57,735 nt of DNA from positions 1 through 57,735 of IMG/VR virus record IMGVR_UViG_3300028837_001890. One strand, given 5' to 3'. How positions within the stretch are numbered: position 1 is the stretch's first letter; every line of letters begins with the position of its first letter. This stretch comes from a virus. Lineage: Duplodnaviria; Caudoviricetes. Made by a program: the position numbers and the translations under genes. Below are positions 46,189-56,496 of this stretch, piece by piece. The notes under the pieces are model-generated. The model saw nothing but the letters and a program-made list of their open reading frames with translations, was not told where the DNA came from and made no database searches.

Positions 46189-46608
46189 ATGCCAAATTTA
46201 GATATACGAAGTGATTTAGAACCTCAGTTAATTATGCGACATGTTTTTTCTGGGGTAGAAACAGTTGCTAGTAGCATTGTTGATAGTGCTGATTTTGATG
46301 GTGGTATTATGTTTACATCAGAAGCACCCGCATTCGCTACTGGTACATATACTTTTTTAATTTATGAGTCTGACCTTTCAACAATGACAGGTGATGAAAC
46401 AGAAGTTCCAGCTGAAAAGATTATAGATGATATTACTAAATTATCACCTACAGCCTTAACAGCAGAAGGCGCTATTTTACCAGCTGTTGGTGTATTTAGT
46501 ACAAAACGATATTTACGGGTTAAAGTTACATCTGCAAGTACGCCAGATGCTACTATTGTTATGCACGCTGTGAAAAAAGCTGAGTATATGCCTGTAACTA
46601 ATCAGTAA
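46189..46608 (+). CDS. putative head decoration protein
   Basis: follows capsid; KRYLRV beta motif. Confidence 0.55.
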   Translation: MPNLDIRSDLEPQLIMRHVFSGVETVASSIVDSADFDGGIMFTSEAPAFATGTYTFLIYESDLSTMTGDETEVPAEKIIDDITKLSPTALTAEGAILPAVGVFSTKRYLRVKVTSASTPDATIVMHAVKKAEYMPVTNQ

Positions 46609-46619
46609 AGAGGTGATAA

Positions 46620-46976
46620 ATGACTTGTAAAATAAAAGCATTAAAAACATGTAAGTGGGCGCAAGCTGCGCCCTCTCTTCCTGTTTTATTTTTTGAGAAA
46701 GATAAGATTTATGAAATAGCTGATAAATTAGCTAAACGAATGATTGAAACTAATTATGCGGCAGATGCTACTAAATCTGAGAAGGAATCTAAAATGAAAA
46801 ATACTGATTGTTTAAATAAAATGAGTAAAGAAATTATAAAAGATAAAAGTTCAAAGGAGGTTTTATCAGATAACTTAGATAAATCAGATGATTTAGACGA
46901 TTCAGGGATTTCTGTTTCTAAAAAAAATAAAACGTTTTCTAAAAAAGGAAGACCTAAAAAATATTTTGAAAATTAA
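46620..46976 (+). CDS. virion-operon hypothetical protein
   Basis: GAGG RBS; synteny. Confidence 0.6.
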   Translation: MTCKIKALKTCKWAQAAPSLPVLFFEKDKIYEIADKLAKRMIETNYAADATKSEKESKMKNTDCLNKMSKEIIKDKSSKEVLSDNLDKSDDLDDSGISVSKKNKTFSKKGRPKKYFEN

Positions 46977-46996
46977 TTTGTTAAAAGAGGTATAAA

Positions 46997-47437
46997 ATGA
47001 CAAGTAATGTTTTAAACAGAGTTGAACAGCCAGCGATGGGGAGTAATGATAACCCTATAATTATTGAAGGAACATCTCAATTAGGAATAAGTAATTTTGA
47101 ATTACGTAATCAATTAGTAGATTTTATACATCCAGATATATCTACAGCTACTATTAAAGCTTTTTATGTACCAGCTTTTAAGTGTCAAATAGTAGGCGGA
47201 TGGGGTGTTTTAATGGCTACTCCTGGAGCTGCTACAGTATTAACTTTTTATGTAGGAACTGCTGTTGAATCGATAGTTAATATAGGTGGTGGAGATACTG
47301 TTGGTACTAAATTTATAATACCTGGCAGTAGTACTACAATTTTTACACCTGCGGATACTATAGAAATTTCTACAGATGGTGGAGCAACTACGACTCCTAC
47401 TCCGTTTATGATTCAGCTTAAATTAAAAATTGTATAA
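46997..47437 (+). CDS. putative structural protein
   Basis: paralog of 47519-48007 (NV.N..E.P, HPDIS, T.EI..DG). Confidence 0.65.
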   Translation: MTSNVLNRVEQPAMGSNDNPIIIEGTSQLGISNFELRNQLVDFIHPDISTATIKAFYVPAFKCQIVGGWGVLMATPGAATVLTFYVGTAVESIVNIGGGDTVGTKFIIPGSSTTIFTPADTIEISTDGGATTTPTPFMIQLKLKIV

Positions 47438-47518
47438 AGAGGTATGTAATGGAGTTTGAAGCTATATTACAGGATATTTTAGAATTTGAAGCTATTCTAA
47501 ATATATAGGATTAAAGTT

Positions 47519-48007
47519 ATGTCTTTATATAATAGTAATGTAAAAAATCATTTCGAACATCCAGATAGTGAAGGAAATAATAAATTTATAGTAAATGGTA
47601 GATCACAAATAGGAGAAGGTTTTACTAATATTTTATCTAGACAAATAATACCTTTAATGCATCCGGATATTTCTATAACGTACGGGAAAATTTTTTTTAG
47701 CGCACCAAGACAATATCAAATACGAAGTCTTATGATTTTTAGCGCTGTACAGCCTAATGCTGATACAGATATACAATTTCTAAACATTGATGTTGGTATT
47801 TTTGCTGCTTTAACTTTAAAAGCTTCAAATCCTCCGGAATGGAGGTACATAATTGAATATGATGAGTTTCTTACTAAAGAATTTGCAAATTTTGATATTA
47901 ATAATACTTTAGAAATTGTTTCTGACGGTATTGCAACTAATGGGCCTATACCTGTAAATATTATAATGGATATTGATTATATTTATAATAATCCTCCGGT
48001 TTATTAA
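47519..48007 (+). CDS. putative structural protein
   Basis: paralog of 46997-47437. Confidence 0.65.
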   Translation: MSLYNSNVKNHFEHPDSEGNNKFIVNGRSQIGEGFTNILSRQIIPLMHPDISITYGKIFFSAPRQYQIRSLMIFSAVQPNADTDIQFLNIDVGIFAALTLKASNPPEWRYIIEYDEFLTKEFANFDINNTLEIVSDGIATNGPIPVNIIMDIDYIYNNPPVY

Positions 48008-48008
48008 G

Positions 48009-48371
48009 ATGAGATTAAAATTAGGAAATACAGTTACATTGCAATTTCCTGTTAAAGATTCAACAGGAAATCTTATTATTAATTTAAATACTGCTGTTGC
48101 AGTTAAATTTTTAATTAAAATTAATCCTACGGATACCGATTTAGAAGCTATTATATCTAAGACATTGGGAAGCGGTATTACAGTAGATGACCCTTCACTT
48201 GGATATATTAAAGTAGAAATAGAATCTAATGATTTTTTAAATGTTTCGGCTGGTGATTATTATTTTGGGTTACAAGTAGAATTTCCCAGTTCAAAAATAT
48301 ATGAATTAGACGTAATAGATAATGATTGTCCTTCTAATTTAGTATCAATTGTACAAGATGTAGTGGAGTAA
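48009..48371 (+). CDS. BppU N-terminal-like beta protein
   Basis: GNTVTLQFPVKD...GITVDDPSLGYIKV...AGDYYF; ATG at 48009. Confidence 0.6.
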   Translation: MRLKLGNTVTLQFPVKDSTGNLIINLNTAVAVKFLIKINPTDTDLEAIISKTLGSGITVDDPSLGYIKVEIESNDFLNVSAGDYYFGLQVEFPSSKIYELDVIDNDCPSNLVSIVQDVVE

Positions 48372-48374
48372 AAT

Positions 48375-48965
48375 ATGTTACCTGAAAGAAGAATATATTA
48401 TCCATATAAACTTTTAAGTAAATCAGTTATTTTTCCATTTACTGATGAAGATATTAAAAATCATTTACGTATAGATTGTTTTGAAGAGCAAAAAAATTAC
48501 ATTTACTTATTAGTAAAAGCTACATTAGATCAAGCTGAAACATATATGGGAATTGATATTTTAATTAAAGAATATCTTAGTTATAGAGATAATTTAGATT
48601 TAATACAATTAAGAAAAACTCCTTTTAATGAATTAGTTTCTTTTAAATATTTAAAAGATAGTGTTTTTACTTCTGTTGATTCTAATTTATATAAAATAGT
48701 ATTAAAAGATGATTTTGCTAATTTTGAATTATTAGAAGATAAAACATGGCCTGATGATATAGATAATACGAGTGAAAATGTAGAAATAATTTTTAAATCA
48801 GGTTATGGAGAAGATAGGAATGCTTATCCTCCTGGTTTAGATGTAGCTTTATTACAGCATTTAGCTTTTTTATATGAAAATAGAGGGGATTGTATTAATG
48901 TAAAATATGCAATACCTTTGCAGGCTAAAGTTATTTATGATTTATATAGTATTAAACACTTATGA
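48375..48965 (+). CDS. head-tail connector (gp6-like)
   Basis: IKNHLRID...AETY...ALLQHLAFLYENRGD. Confidence 0.88.
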   Translation: MLPERRIYYPYKLLSKSVIFPFTDEDIKNHLRIDCFEEQKNYIYLLVKATLDQAETYMGIDILIKEYLSYRDNLDLIQLRKTPFNELVSFKYLKDSVFTSVDSNLYKIVLKDDFANFELLEDKTWPDDIDNTSENVEIIFKSGYGEDRNAYPPGLDVALLQHLAFLYENRGDCINVKYAIPLQAKVIYDLYSIKHL

Positions 48966-49354
48966 GTAAATGTATTCCGATCATAAACAAGAAAAAAGAA
49001 GTTTGCATAGGAGCGATGAATAAACGAATTATTATACAAATTCGTACTATAACACCTCCTGAATTAGGCGGTGTAGATTGCGGGGAATTAATAACAGATC
49101 GTAGAAAGGTTTGGGCTTTTATTAGAACTGTAAAAGGAGAAACTTTATTCAATAATACTAGCATACAGCGTGTTATGACTCATGAATTTTATATCAGGTA
49201 TTTTTCAGATGTGACATTTGAAAAAAATTGGATAGAGTATAAAAACGAGTATTACGACATTATCGACGTTGAGAATATTAATTTAGAAAACAAATACTAT
49301 TTAATATCCGCAAATAGAAGGGGAATTAAATCGAATAAAGCGAATTTGGCATAA
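48962..49354 (+). CDS. head closure protein
   Basis: IGAMNKRIIIQ, VWAFI, THEFYIRY, YYDIIDV. Confidence 0.85.
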   Translation: MSKCIPIINKKKEVCIGAMNKRIIIQIRTITPPELGGVDCGELITDRRKVWAFIRTVKGETLFNNTSIQRVMTHEFYIRYFSDVTFEKNWIEYKNEYYDIIDVENINLENKYYLISANRRGIKSNKANLA

Positions 49355-49356
49355 TT

Positions 49357-49857
49357 ATGTTTAAATTTAGTGAAGACTCACAGAATCGGACTACATATTT
49401 TTTACTTAAAAATATGAGTAAAAACTATGAAAAAGGTATTAAAAAAGCTTTTTATAAAATAGGAAATGATTTAGTCAGAGAAGCAAAACGTTTAATTGTA
49501 GATGAACCAAAAAGCGGTAGAATTTATAAAGTAATACGTAAAAAAGGAAGACGATATGTGAATCATATTGCTTCAGCACCTGGTGAGGCACCTGCTAAAC
49601 TTAGCGGTGATTTAGCTAGCAGTTTAGGTTTTAAAGTAAGAGGTAGTAAGCAACTTAATTTTGGATATAACGATGTTACTAAAAAAGGAGCTAAAGTTGA
49701 TTACGGCATGATTTTAGAAACTGGTGGAATTACAGGAAAAAATAAGTCTGTAAGGATAGCCCCAAGACCTTATGGCTCAAAAGCAGCTAAAAATATGGAA
49801 CGAAATATGGAAAAACATTTTGAACAACAATTAAAAATAGCAACGGAAAAGGGATGA
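49357..49857 (+). CDS. HK97 gp10-like neck protein
   Basis: HIASAPGEAPAKLSGDLASS, LETG, IAPRPY. Confidence 0.82.
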   Translation: MFKFSEDSQNRTTYFLLKNMSKNYEKGIKKAFYKIGNDLVREAKRLIVDEPKSGRIYKVIRKKGRRYVNHIASAPGEAPAKLSGDLASSLGFKVRGSKQLNFGYNDVTKKGAKVDYGMILETGGITGKNKSVRIAPRPYGSKAAKNMERNMEKHFEQQLKIATEKG

Positions 49858-50987
49858 AAGCACAAGATATAATATTACAATTACAGGATTTTTTGGTCAG
49901 ACAGACAAATTTATTTACGCATGAATTAGATATTATATCTTTAACACGAAATAATTTAACTCAGGAGGCGACAGCTGTCGCTGCTGTACCGCATGGTTTA
50001 AAAGTTGGTGATTTAGTTACAATTGTAGGCGCTGAAACTCCTTTTAAAATAACGACTTTAACGCAAACAGCTAATATAGCGACTGCTGTTACTCTTAACC
50101 CTCATGATTTTACACAAAATTTTAGTAGAATAGTTAATATTGTGGATGCGGATCAGCCTGAATACAATGGTGAACATCCACTTGTTGCTGTGATAGATAA
50201 TAAAACATTTAAATATAGTTTAACAGGTAATCCAGTAAGCCCAGCTACAGGTAATATTTTTATAATCGCTGATTATTTAGAAGGGTATAACGGCATACAT
50301 GTTGTAAAGTCTGTTTCTCCTGATGGTTTAGAATTTACTTATAATATGCCAGAAAACTACGAAAGCCCTGCTAAGGGGGATATTAAAGCTCGATATAATT
50401 ATAGAATATCTGGTGCTGCGACTTTTACTCGAGTTGATTATTTATATACAAAACAGGGATTTAATAATTTGTGGGCTTTTGTTGTGCTAGGTAGAACCTT
50501 TACAAGTCAGGATCGGGCTACAAATACAGATGCTATAAAAGCTGTAACTAGATCATGTCAACAAAAACATTATGTAATAGAAAGTTTTTCTGTTTATGTG
50601 TTTGACACAGTTGCGAAGGAAGAATTATCAGGTCGTCAGGAACGAGATTTAATGGAGGATATTTATAAATACCTAGTTAAAAGTCTTGTAGGAGTGTGTT
50701 TTCCTGGTGTATTTGCAGGCAGTACTCCTACTACGGATAGTGCTATTAAACGAATTAGACCCATAGAGCTATTTATAACTATTTCTGTAGGACATGATGT
50801 CCAGGAATATAATAGCGCTACATACATACATCGCTTTGACTTTGAGCAAATAGATATAATATTAGACCCTGATATTTTCCCTGTAAATTTAACGTATCCG
50901 TTTAGAAAGATTTTTATTGATTATTTAAATGTTACAGATAATAATCTGTTATTAGATGATACTATTTTATTACGTGAGTTAGAATGA
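49854..50987 (+). CDS. putative tail terminator with inserted beta domains
   Basis: position before sheath; repeated PHGLKVGDLVTIVGA / PEYNG / EGYNG segments. Confidence 0.6.
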   Translation: MKAQDIILQLQDFLVRQTNLFTHELDIISLTRNNLTQEATAVAAVPHGLKVGDLVTIVGAETPFKITTLTQTANIATAVTLNPHDFTQNFSRIVNIVDADQPEYNGEHPLVAVIDNKTFKYSLTGNPVSPATGNIFIIADYLEGYNGIHVVKSVSPDGLEFTYNMPENYESPAKGDIKARYNYRISGAATFTRVDYLYTKQGFNNLWAFVVLGRTFTSQDRATNTDAIKAVTRSCQQKHYVIESFSVYVFDTVAKEELSGRQERDLMEDIYKYLVKSLVGVCFPGVFAGSTPTTDSAIKRIRPIELFITISVGHDVQEYNSATYIHRFDFEQIDIILDPDIFPVNLTYPFRKIFIDYLNVTDNNLLLDDTILLRELE

Positions 50988-50997
50988 GGTAAAAAAC

Positions 50998-52557
50998 ATG
51001 AGCCACATATTTCCAGTATCAATTTGGGATATAGTCCCTTCTTCTGATGTTCTTATAGAAGATACAGAAAGAGTTTTATTCGTAGGTCAAAAATTATCTG
51101 GAACAGCCACTCCAGGCGTGTTAGTTGATTACATTGGTAATTCTGGAGAAGAAGATGACTTATTTGGAGAAGATTCTCATCTAGCAGAAATGATTAGACT
51201 AGCTAGATTAATCAATAAACAAACTATTTTTTCTGCAATTCCTTTAGCTGATCCGGCAGTGGGTGATCAAGCTACAGGATCGGTTACTATTACAGGCGCT
51301 GCAACGAGTAATGGAAAAATCACGCTTTATTTATATTCTGGTAAATACCATAAATATGAGATTTCTGTAATTAGCGGAAAAACAAACGTTCAAATAGCTA
51401 CGCTCATGATAACTGAAATATTAAAAGATACTAAATTACAAATAATAGCGGCTGACAGCGGTCCGCCGGATGGTATTATTAATTTAACAGCCAAACATAA
51501 AGGGATAATTGGAAATGGATATGGTGTTTGGGTTGATTTTGATGTAACAGGTATTAGTATAGCTTTAGACACTACACCACTTAGTGGCGGTACGGGCGAG
51601 CCTATTTATACAGATATTTTTAAAGATATAGGTCGTGTTCAATATAGATCAATAGTGTGGCCTTCAGCATATCCTATTTCAGGACTCCCTGAAGATAATG
51701 CGATTGCCTGGGCTGACAGCCGTTGGAATGGTCAAACTAAACCTTTAGATGGACAAGTTACAATTAGCTCAACTGGAGGGCCAATTAGTTTAGTAACTTT
51801 TTTAAATACTTTAAATGATCAGAATTTGAATGTTAGTTGTGAGCTATATAAAGATACAATTCATTTTAAAGGCCCAGTAGCCTTTGAATTTGATGATAAT
51901 AGATCAGCACTTTTTGCCGCAATTAGGTCTTTAAGACTTACTGATACTGCGACACTTGGTAATTTTGGTTACGCCGCTACAGATTCAATTGGAGGACCTA
52001 AATTAGCGTCGTTACCGTATCATAATACGCCTGTGCCTCAAATACTCCCTAAAAATCCTAATTGGGATTTTACAGATGATGAATTAAAAGATATTAATGA
52101 TGCTGGAGGATGGGCATATGTCAATAATGTGGCGAATACATCTATTATATTAAGCGATATTTATACAACCTATAAGACTAATGCTCAAGGTTTTTCAGAC
52201 CCTTCGTTTAAATTTGATAACTATGTGTTAACAATGAGCGAAATACGACAGCATATTCATTATGCAATGCAACAACATTATAAAAATACACGTTTAAGCG
52301 GCGGAATTCCTATAGCAAATGAAACTATAGCTACGCAATCAAGTATTAAAGGTTATTTTTTAAGTTTATGTACTATATTAAGTGCTTCACCTTATCTATT
52401 AATTCAAGCAGGCCCTGAAGTTAGAGACTTTTTAAAACGGTATAGTAATGTTGAATTAAATTTAGCGGAAGGAATTGCAACGATAACAGCTAAAGTTCCT
52501 ATAGTTACTCAACTTAGAAAGATTATAGGTATTTTAGAGGTATCATTTAATATATAG
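50998..52557 (+). CDS. tail sheath protein (Mu gpL-like)
   Basis: VLFVGQK, LFGEDSHLAEM, LTAKHKGIIGN, TTYKTNAQG. Confidence 0.9.
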   Translation: MSHIFPVSIWDIVPSSDVLIEDTERVLFVGQKLSGTATPGVLVDYIGNSGEEDDLFGEDSHLAEMIRLARLINKQTIFSAIPLADPAVGDQATGSVTITGAATSNGKITLYLYSGKYHKYEISVISGKTNVQIATLMITEILKDTKLQIIAADSGPPDGIINLTAKHKGIIGNGYGVWVDFDVTGISIALDTTPLSGGTGEPIYTDIFKDIGRVQYRSIVWPSAYPISGLPEDNAIAWADSRWNGQTKPLDGQVTISSTGGPISLVTFLNTLNDQNLNVSCELYKDTIHFKGPVAFEFDDNRSALFAAIRSLRLTDTATLGNFGYAATDSIGGPKLASLPYHNTPVPQILPKNPNWDFTDDELKDINDAGGWAYVNNVANTSIILSDIYTTYKTNAQGFSDPSFKFDNYVLTMSEIRQHIHYAMQQHYKNTRLSGGIPIANETIATQSSIKGYFLSLCTILSASPYLLIQAGPEVRDFLKRYSNVELNLAEGIATITAKVPIVTQLRKIIGILEVSFNI

Positions 52558-52586
52558 GACAATAATTTTTAATAGAGGTAAAAAAA

Positions 52587-53000
52587 ATGGCAAATTTATT
52601 AATGGGCATATCAACGCCTTATATTAACATTAATGGGCTTATAATCCCTCATAAAGTTGGAAGTGTTGAATATACAGAAGGAACAGGAGAAGATATGCTT
52701 ACAGCAATGAGTGCTGGAGGCGGGGCGATTTCACCTGTTTATTCAAAAGATGTATCTAAAAATATAGCTACATTTAAATTTGTTGTTTTAACAGTATCGC
52801 TTATTCAGTTAGAATTAGATTTACCTGATTTAATGTTAAGTTGGAAAAAAAATAATCCGAACAATATTATTATTGTTGGTGATACAATTAGTGGTTTTGT
52901 GCGTGCTTTTGAAAAAGCAGTTTTAATAACTGATTATGTTGTAAAATTAGGCCCCGAGGCCGAAACTGAATTAGAATTTAAATCTGCTAATATTATTTAA
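52587..53000 (+). CDS. tail tube protein
   Basis: size and position after sheath. Confidence 0.75.
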   Translation: MANLLMGISTPYININGLIIPHKVGSVEYTEGTGEDMLTAMSAGGGAISPVYSKDVSKNIATFKFVVLTVSLIQLELDLPDLMLSWKKNNPNNIIIVGDTISGFVRAFEKAVLITDYVVKLGPEAETELEFKSANII

Positions 53001-53016
53001 CTAATAGAGGTGTTAC

Positions 53017-53523
53017 ATGACTTTGAAATCATCGTTTATATTTAATTTAAGTGAAGAAATTGATTATCCTGATAGCACAGATGGTACACTTAAAAAAACT
53101 AAAAAGATTAAACTTTTAGGACCTTTAAAAAAAGAAGAATGTGAAATTCAGTATATAAAATTAAAAAGCATGTTAGCTAAAGCTTCAATGAAAATAGGTA
53201 TTTTATTTAACTCTTCTGTAAGTAGTGAGGCTAGAGATGAACTTATTAAGCAGGCAAAAGAAAATTCAAGTGGAGATAAACAAAAAGATTTATTAGAAGC
53301 CGCACACTCCGCTATAACTCATTTAGGCACAACTGACTTATTACTTGATTATATGATGGTTTTTAAAGAATATTTATTATCAGGTATTGCCTTAACAGAT
53401 GGAAAGTTAGAAATGGTTTCTTCTGTTTATAATAATATAAATATCAATGATAAATTAAGATTAGCAGAGGAATATATTGCAAATTTTTTATCCGATGGCG
53501 ACTCATCTGTAAAGGAAAAGTAA
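53017..53523 (+). CDS. tail assembly chaperone
   Basis: between tube and tape measure; slippery site near the end. Confidence 0.75.
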   Translation: MTLKSSFIFNLSEEIDYPDSTDGTLKKTKKIKLLGPLKKEECEIQYIKLKSMLAKASMKIGILFNSSVSSEARDELIKQAKENSSGDKQKDLLEAAHSAITHLGTTDLLLDYMMVFKEYLLSGIALTDGKLEMVSSVYNNININDKLRLAEEYIANFLSDGDSSVKEK

Positions 53524-53720
53524 AATTATCATTTATTGATTATGCTCTGTCAGACGATGATTATTATAAATTATTTACCGGTTTAATGCGTTATTATAAA
53601 GGAGGTATAAGTTATACAGAGATAATAAATCTTCCTATTCCTGAATTATATAATCTGCATGAGTGCGCACAATATTATAACGAGCAAGATAAGAAAGAGT
53701 ATGAGCGGAGATCTAAATAA
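53484..53720 (+). CDS. -1 frameshift extension of tail chaperone
   Basis: T TTT TTA at 53484-53490; -1 frame open to TAA 53718-53720 (GGISYTEIINLPIPEL). Confidence 0.8.
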   Translation, partial: FFIRWRLICKGKVKLSFIDYALSDDDYYKLFTGLMRYYKGGISYTEIINLPIPELYNLHECAQYYNEQDKKEYERRSK

Positions 53721-55252
53721 TGGCTTTAAAAAGTATTTGGAATATAACAGCTGTAGACGCTGCAAGCATACCTGTTAAATCTATTGCTACTGCCGCTAAG
53801 CAGTTAGAAGACAATTTATCTAGTTTAAAAAATACAACGGTTAAAGTAAATCTTGCTATGGGAAAAGCGGCTGAAAAAGCCAAAGGTTTTACTGCCTCGT
53901 TAAATGCTACTGCTGTTGCGTCAATGCGAATGGGAAGAACACTTAGTTTATACGTAGCGGGTCCTTTAATTGCACTCGGAGGACTCGCTATAAAAACAGC
54001 TAGTGACTTCGAAAAAATACAACGATCTGCCGAGATTGTAAGCGGTTCTGTCGAAGGAACAGCTAAAATGTTTGATACTTTATATGAAGCAGCTCAAAAA
54101 ATGCCTTTCGCATATAAAGATATAATAACTTCAAGTCGCAATTTACTAGTAGCAGGAGTAATACCTAAAGAAATTCCGCATATGATGCAAATGCTTGCAG
54201 ATTTGGCGGGTGCTTTTGGTGATAAATTAAGTACTGTAGCTGATATTTTAACTCATGTCGAAGCAGTAGGTCGTTTAAATACTAATACAGCTAGACGATT
54301 TGCCAAAGAGGGTATTAACTTAGCAGCAGCGTATAAAAAAGTTTATCATGTGGATACTATGAAAAACGCTACTGCATGGTTTGAAATGGCAGCGCGGGCT
54401 GGAATAGTAACATCAAAAGTAGTTGTTCAGTTATTAGATTCTATGACTAAAAAAGGAGGTCCTGCATATCTTGGTGCGGCTAAAATGTCTAAAACTCTTT
54501 CTGGCGCAATTACAATTCTTAGATCAAATATTGTTGTGTTATTAAAAAATATTGGCGACTGGATAGATAAAAGTAATGATTTAAGATTAATGGTTGCGTC
54601 TTTAGCTGATACAGTATTTCATGCTACTACATGGCTTGTAGAATTTGCAAAAACGCATAAAACGCTTATGCGTATAGCTGTAGATTTAGGAGTTGCTTTA
54701 GCTACATTAGCTTCGGGACTTTTAATACTGGGAGGGGTACTTAAAGTTGTTGGTGTTGTTGTAAAATTATATACTGTTTTGACAAAAGCGTGGGCAGCAG
54801 CACAAATTATATTAGATGTTGCTTTAGCACCAGAAATATTAGTTTTATTAGCATTAGCGGCAGCAGTTTATGTAGTATATAAAGCAGTAAAAAAACTACA
54901 AAGTGTGTGGGGCAAGGGGAGTAAAGAAGAGCAAAAAAGAGTACTTATTCATAAACAACAAGTTGAATTTGTTAAAGAGCATATACCTGAGTTACATACT
55001 TTTAGAACGCCTGGTATGCGTTTTAGTCCTATTAGTCCAATAAGTTTTCTGCCCGTCCCGACTGAAACAACAAGCCCAATTACATCTAATTTAATGACTA
55101 CATTAACTCCACATTTTGGAGTAGCTCGTGCAAGATCAGATGTAAATATTAATTTAAGAGGCGAAACAGGGGCAGTTAAAAGCGTTCATACAGTACATTC
55201 TATGATACATCCTGGATTTAATTTGGGCGTCAATATGGAGGAGGCTCAATAA
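53720..55252 (+). CDS. tape measure protein
   Basis: Ala-rich helical protein; AIKTASDFE, MSKTLSGA; hydrophobic segments; synteny. Confidence 0.9.
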   Translation: MALKSIWNITAVDAASIPVKSIATAAKQLEDNLSSLKNTTVKVNLAMGKAAEKAKGFTASLNATAVASMRMGRTLSLYVAGPLIALGGLAIKTASDFEKIQRSAEIVSGSVEGTAKMFDTLYEAAQKMPFAYKDIITSSRNLLVAGVIPKEIPHMMQMLADLAGAFGDKLSTVADILTHVEAVGRLNTNTARRFAKEGINLAAAYKKVYHVDTMKNATAWFEMAARAGIVTSKVVVQLLDSMTKKGGPAYLGAAKMSKTLSGAITILRSNIVVLLKNIGDWIDKSNDLRLMVASLADTVFHATTWLVEFAKTHKTLMRIAVDLGVALATLASGLLILGGVLKVVGVVVKLYTVLTKAWAAAQIILDVALAPEILVLLALAAAVYVVYKAVKKLQSVWGKGSKEEQKRVLIHKQQVEFVKEHIPELHTFRTPGMRFSPISPISFLPVPTETTSPITSNLMTTLTPHFGVARARSDVNINLRGETGAVKSVHTVHSMIHPGFNLGVNMEEAQ

Positions 55253-56496
55253 TGGCTGAAGATACATTTTTCGCTGGTGGTGTTACAACGAATGAGGGAG
55301 CTGAAGATATATTTGTGCAACTTCTTCCAGCTAGTTTTAAAGGTGTTCCTTTTTTATTTCAATCACATTCTACTACTACAGGAAGAAAAGTAGTTATACA
55401 TGAATTTGTAAATACCGATAGAAGATTTGTACAGGATTTAGGTAAATTATCTAAAAAAATAAAAATTATAGGTGTTCTCACGGGTGATGGTTATTTTGTA
55501 CATCGTAATGACTTAATTCAAGCTTTACAAAGTGAAGGGCCTGGAATTTTGCAACATCCGTTTTTAGGTAATTTAAAAGTAGTAGCCCTTCCAGGTACTT
55601 TTACAGAAACTACTCAGGCTGTTGGTAAAGCTGTATTTAATATGCAGTTTGAGAGAGCAGATAAAAATATATATCCTAAAGAAGTAGATAGATATGGCTC
55701 TCGAATAAAAGACGGTTCAAATAAATCAAAAGATGAAAGTAAAAATGCATTTAATAATCATTATACTGTCCCTTTTACAGACCATGAGACGTTTAATGAT
55801 GCTAATAGTATGTACGATAATTTTGCCGATAAAATGTTTAATGTCCGCTCTAATTATAGTACAAAAGGGGAAAATGTAGATACATTTGATGCAAGGTTAG
55901 ATACTTTTAATCGTAACAAAGTTTTTAATTTAAAAAATACAAATGACTTTTCAGATTCGACTTCTGAATTATTTGATACTTTAGGAAATAGTTCTGTATC
56001 AGACGATCAAAAAATAAATATTTATAAAGAGTTTTTTAATTATAAAATTCCTGATCCTATTTTTAATTTAGTGACGCCTGCCAGAGAAACGCAGTATGAA
56101 AATAGACGCTCTTTTGAATCCTTTATAAATATTCATGCTTTGATTAGCGCTTATGAAGCAGTTCCTTTTTTATCTTATTTCGATACTATAGATGTAGAAG
56201 ATATTTTTAGTCTTTTAGAAGAACAGTATAGTTCTATTTTAAATAACACAATTTATACTGTTGAAGAACTGGAAAAATTAAAAATTCTTCGTAATAATGT
56301 TAGAAAATTTTTAACTACTGAGTTAGAAGCTGTTTATGACATTATTATTATTGAAACAGTTGATATTCCTTTAAGAGTATTATCTTTTAATTATTATGGT
56401 AGTACTGATAATTATGAACGGTTAATAAATTTAAATACTATTTCAACGCCTGCACATATAAAAGGTAGTGTAGAAATTTTCGGAAGTAAAGAATAA
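55252..56496 (+). CDS. Mu gpN-like (DNA circularization N-terminal domain) tail protein
   Basis: ASFKGVPF, GRKVVIHEF, VQDLG, GPGILQHPFLG. Confidence 0.9.
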   Translation: MAEDTFFAGGVTTNEGAEDIFVQLLPASFKGVPFLFQSHSTTTGRKVVIHEFVNTDRRFVQDLGKLSKKIKIIGVLTGDGYFVHRNDLIQALQSEGPGILQHPFLGNLKVVALPGTFTETTQAVGKAVFNMQFERADKNIYPKEVDRYGSRIKDGSNKSKDESKNAFNNHYTVPFTDHETFNDANSMYDNFADKMFNVRSNYSTKGENVDTFDARLDTFNRNKVFNLKNTNDFSDSTSELFDTLGNSSVSDDQKINIYKEFFNYKIPDPIFNLVTPARETQYENRRSFESFINIHALISAYEAVPFLSYFDTIDVEDIFSLLEEQYSSILNNTIYTVEELEKLKILRNNVRKFLTTELEAVYDIIIIETVDIPLRVLSFNYYGSTDNYERLINLNTISTPAHIKGSVEIFGSKE

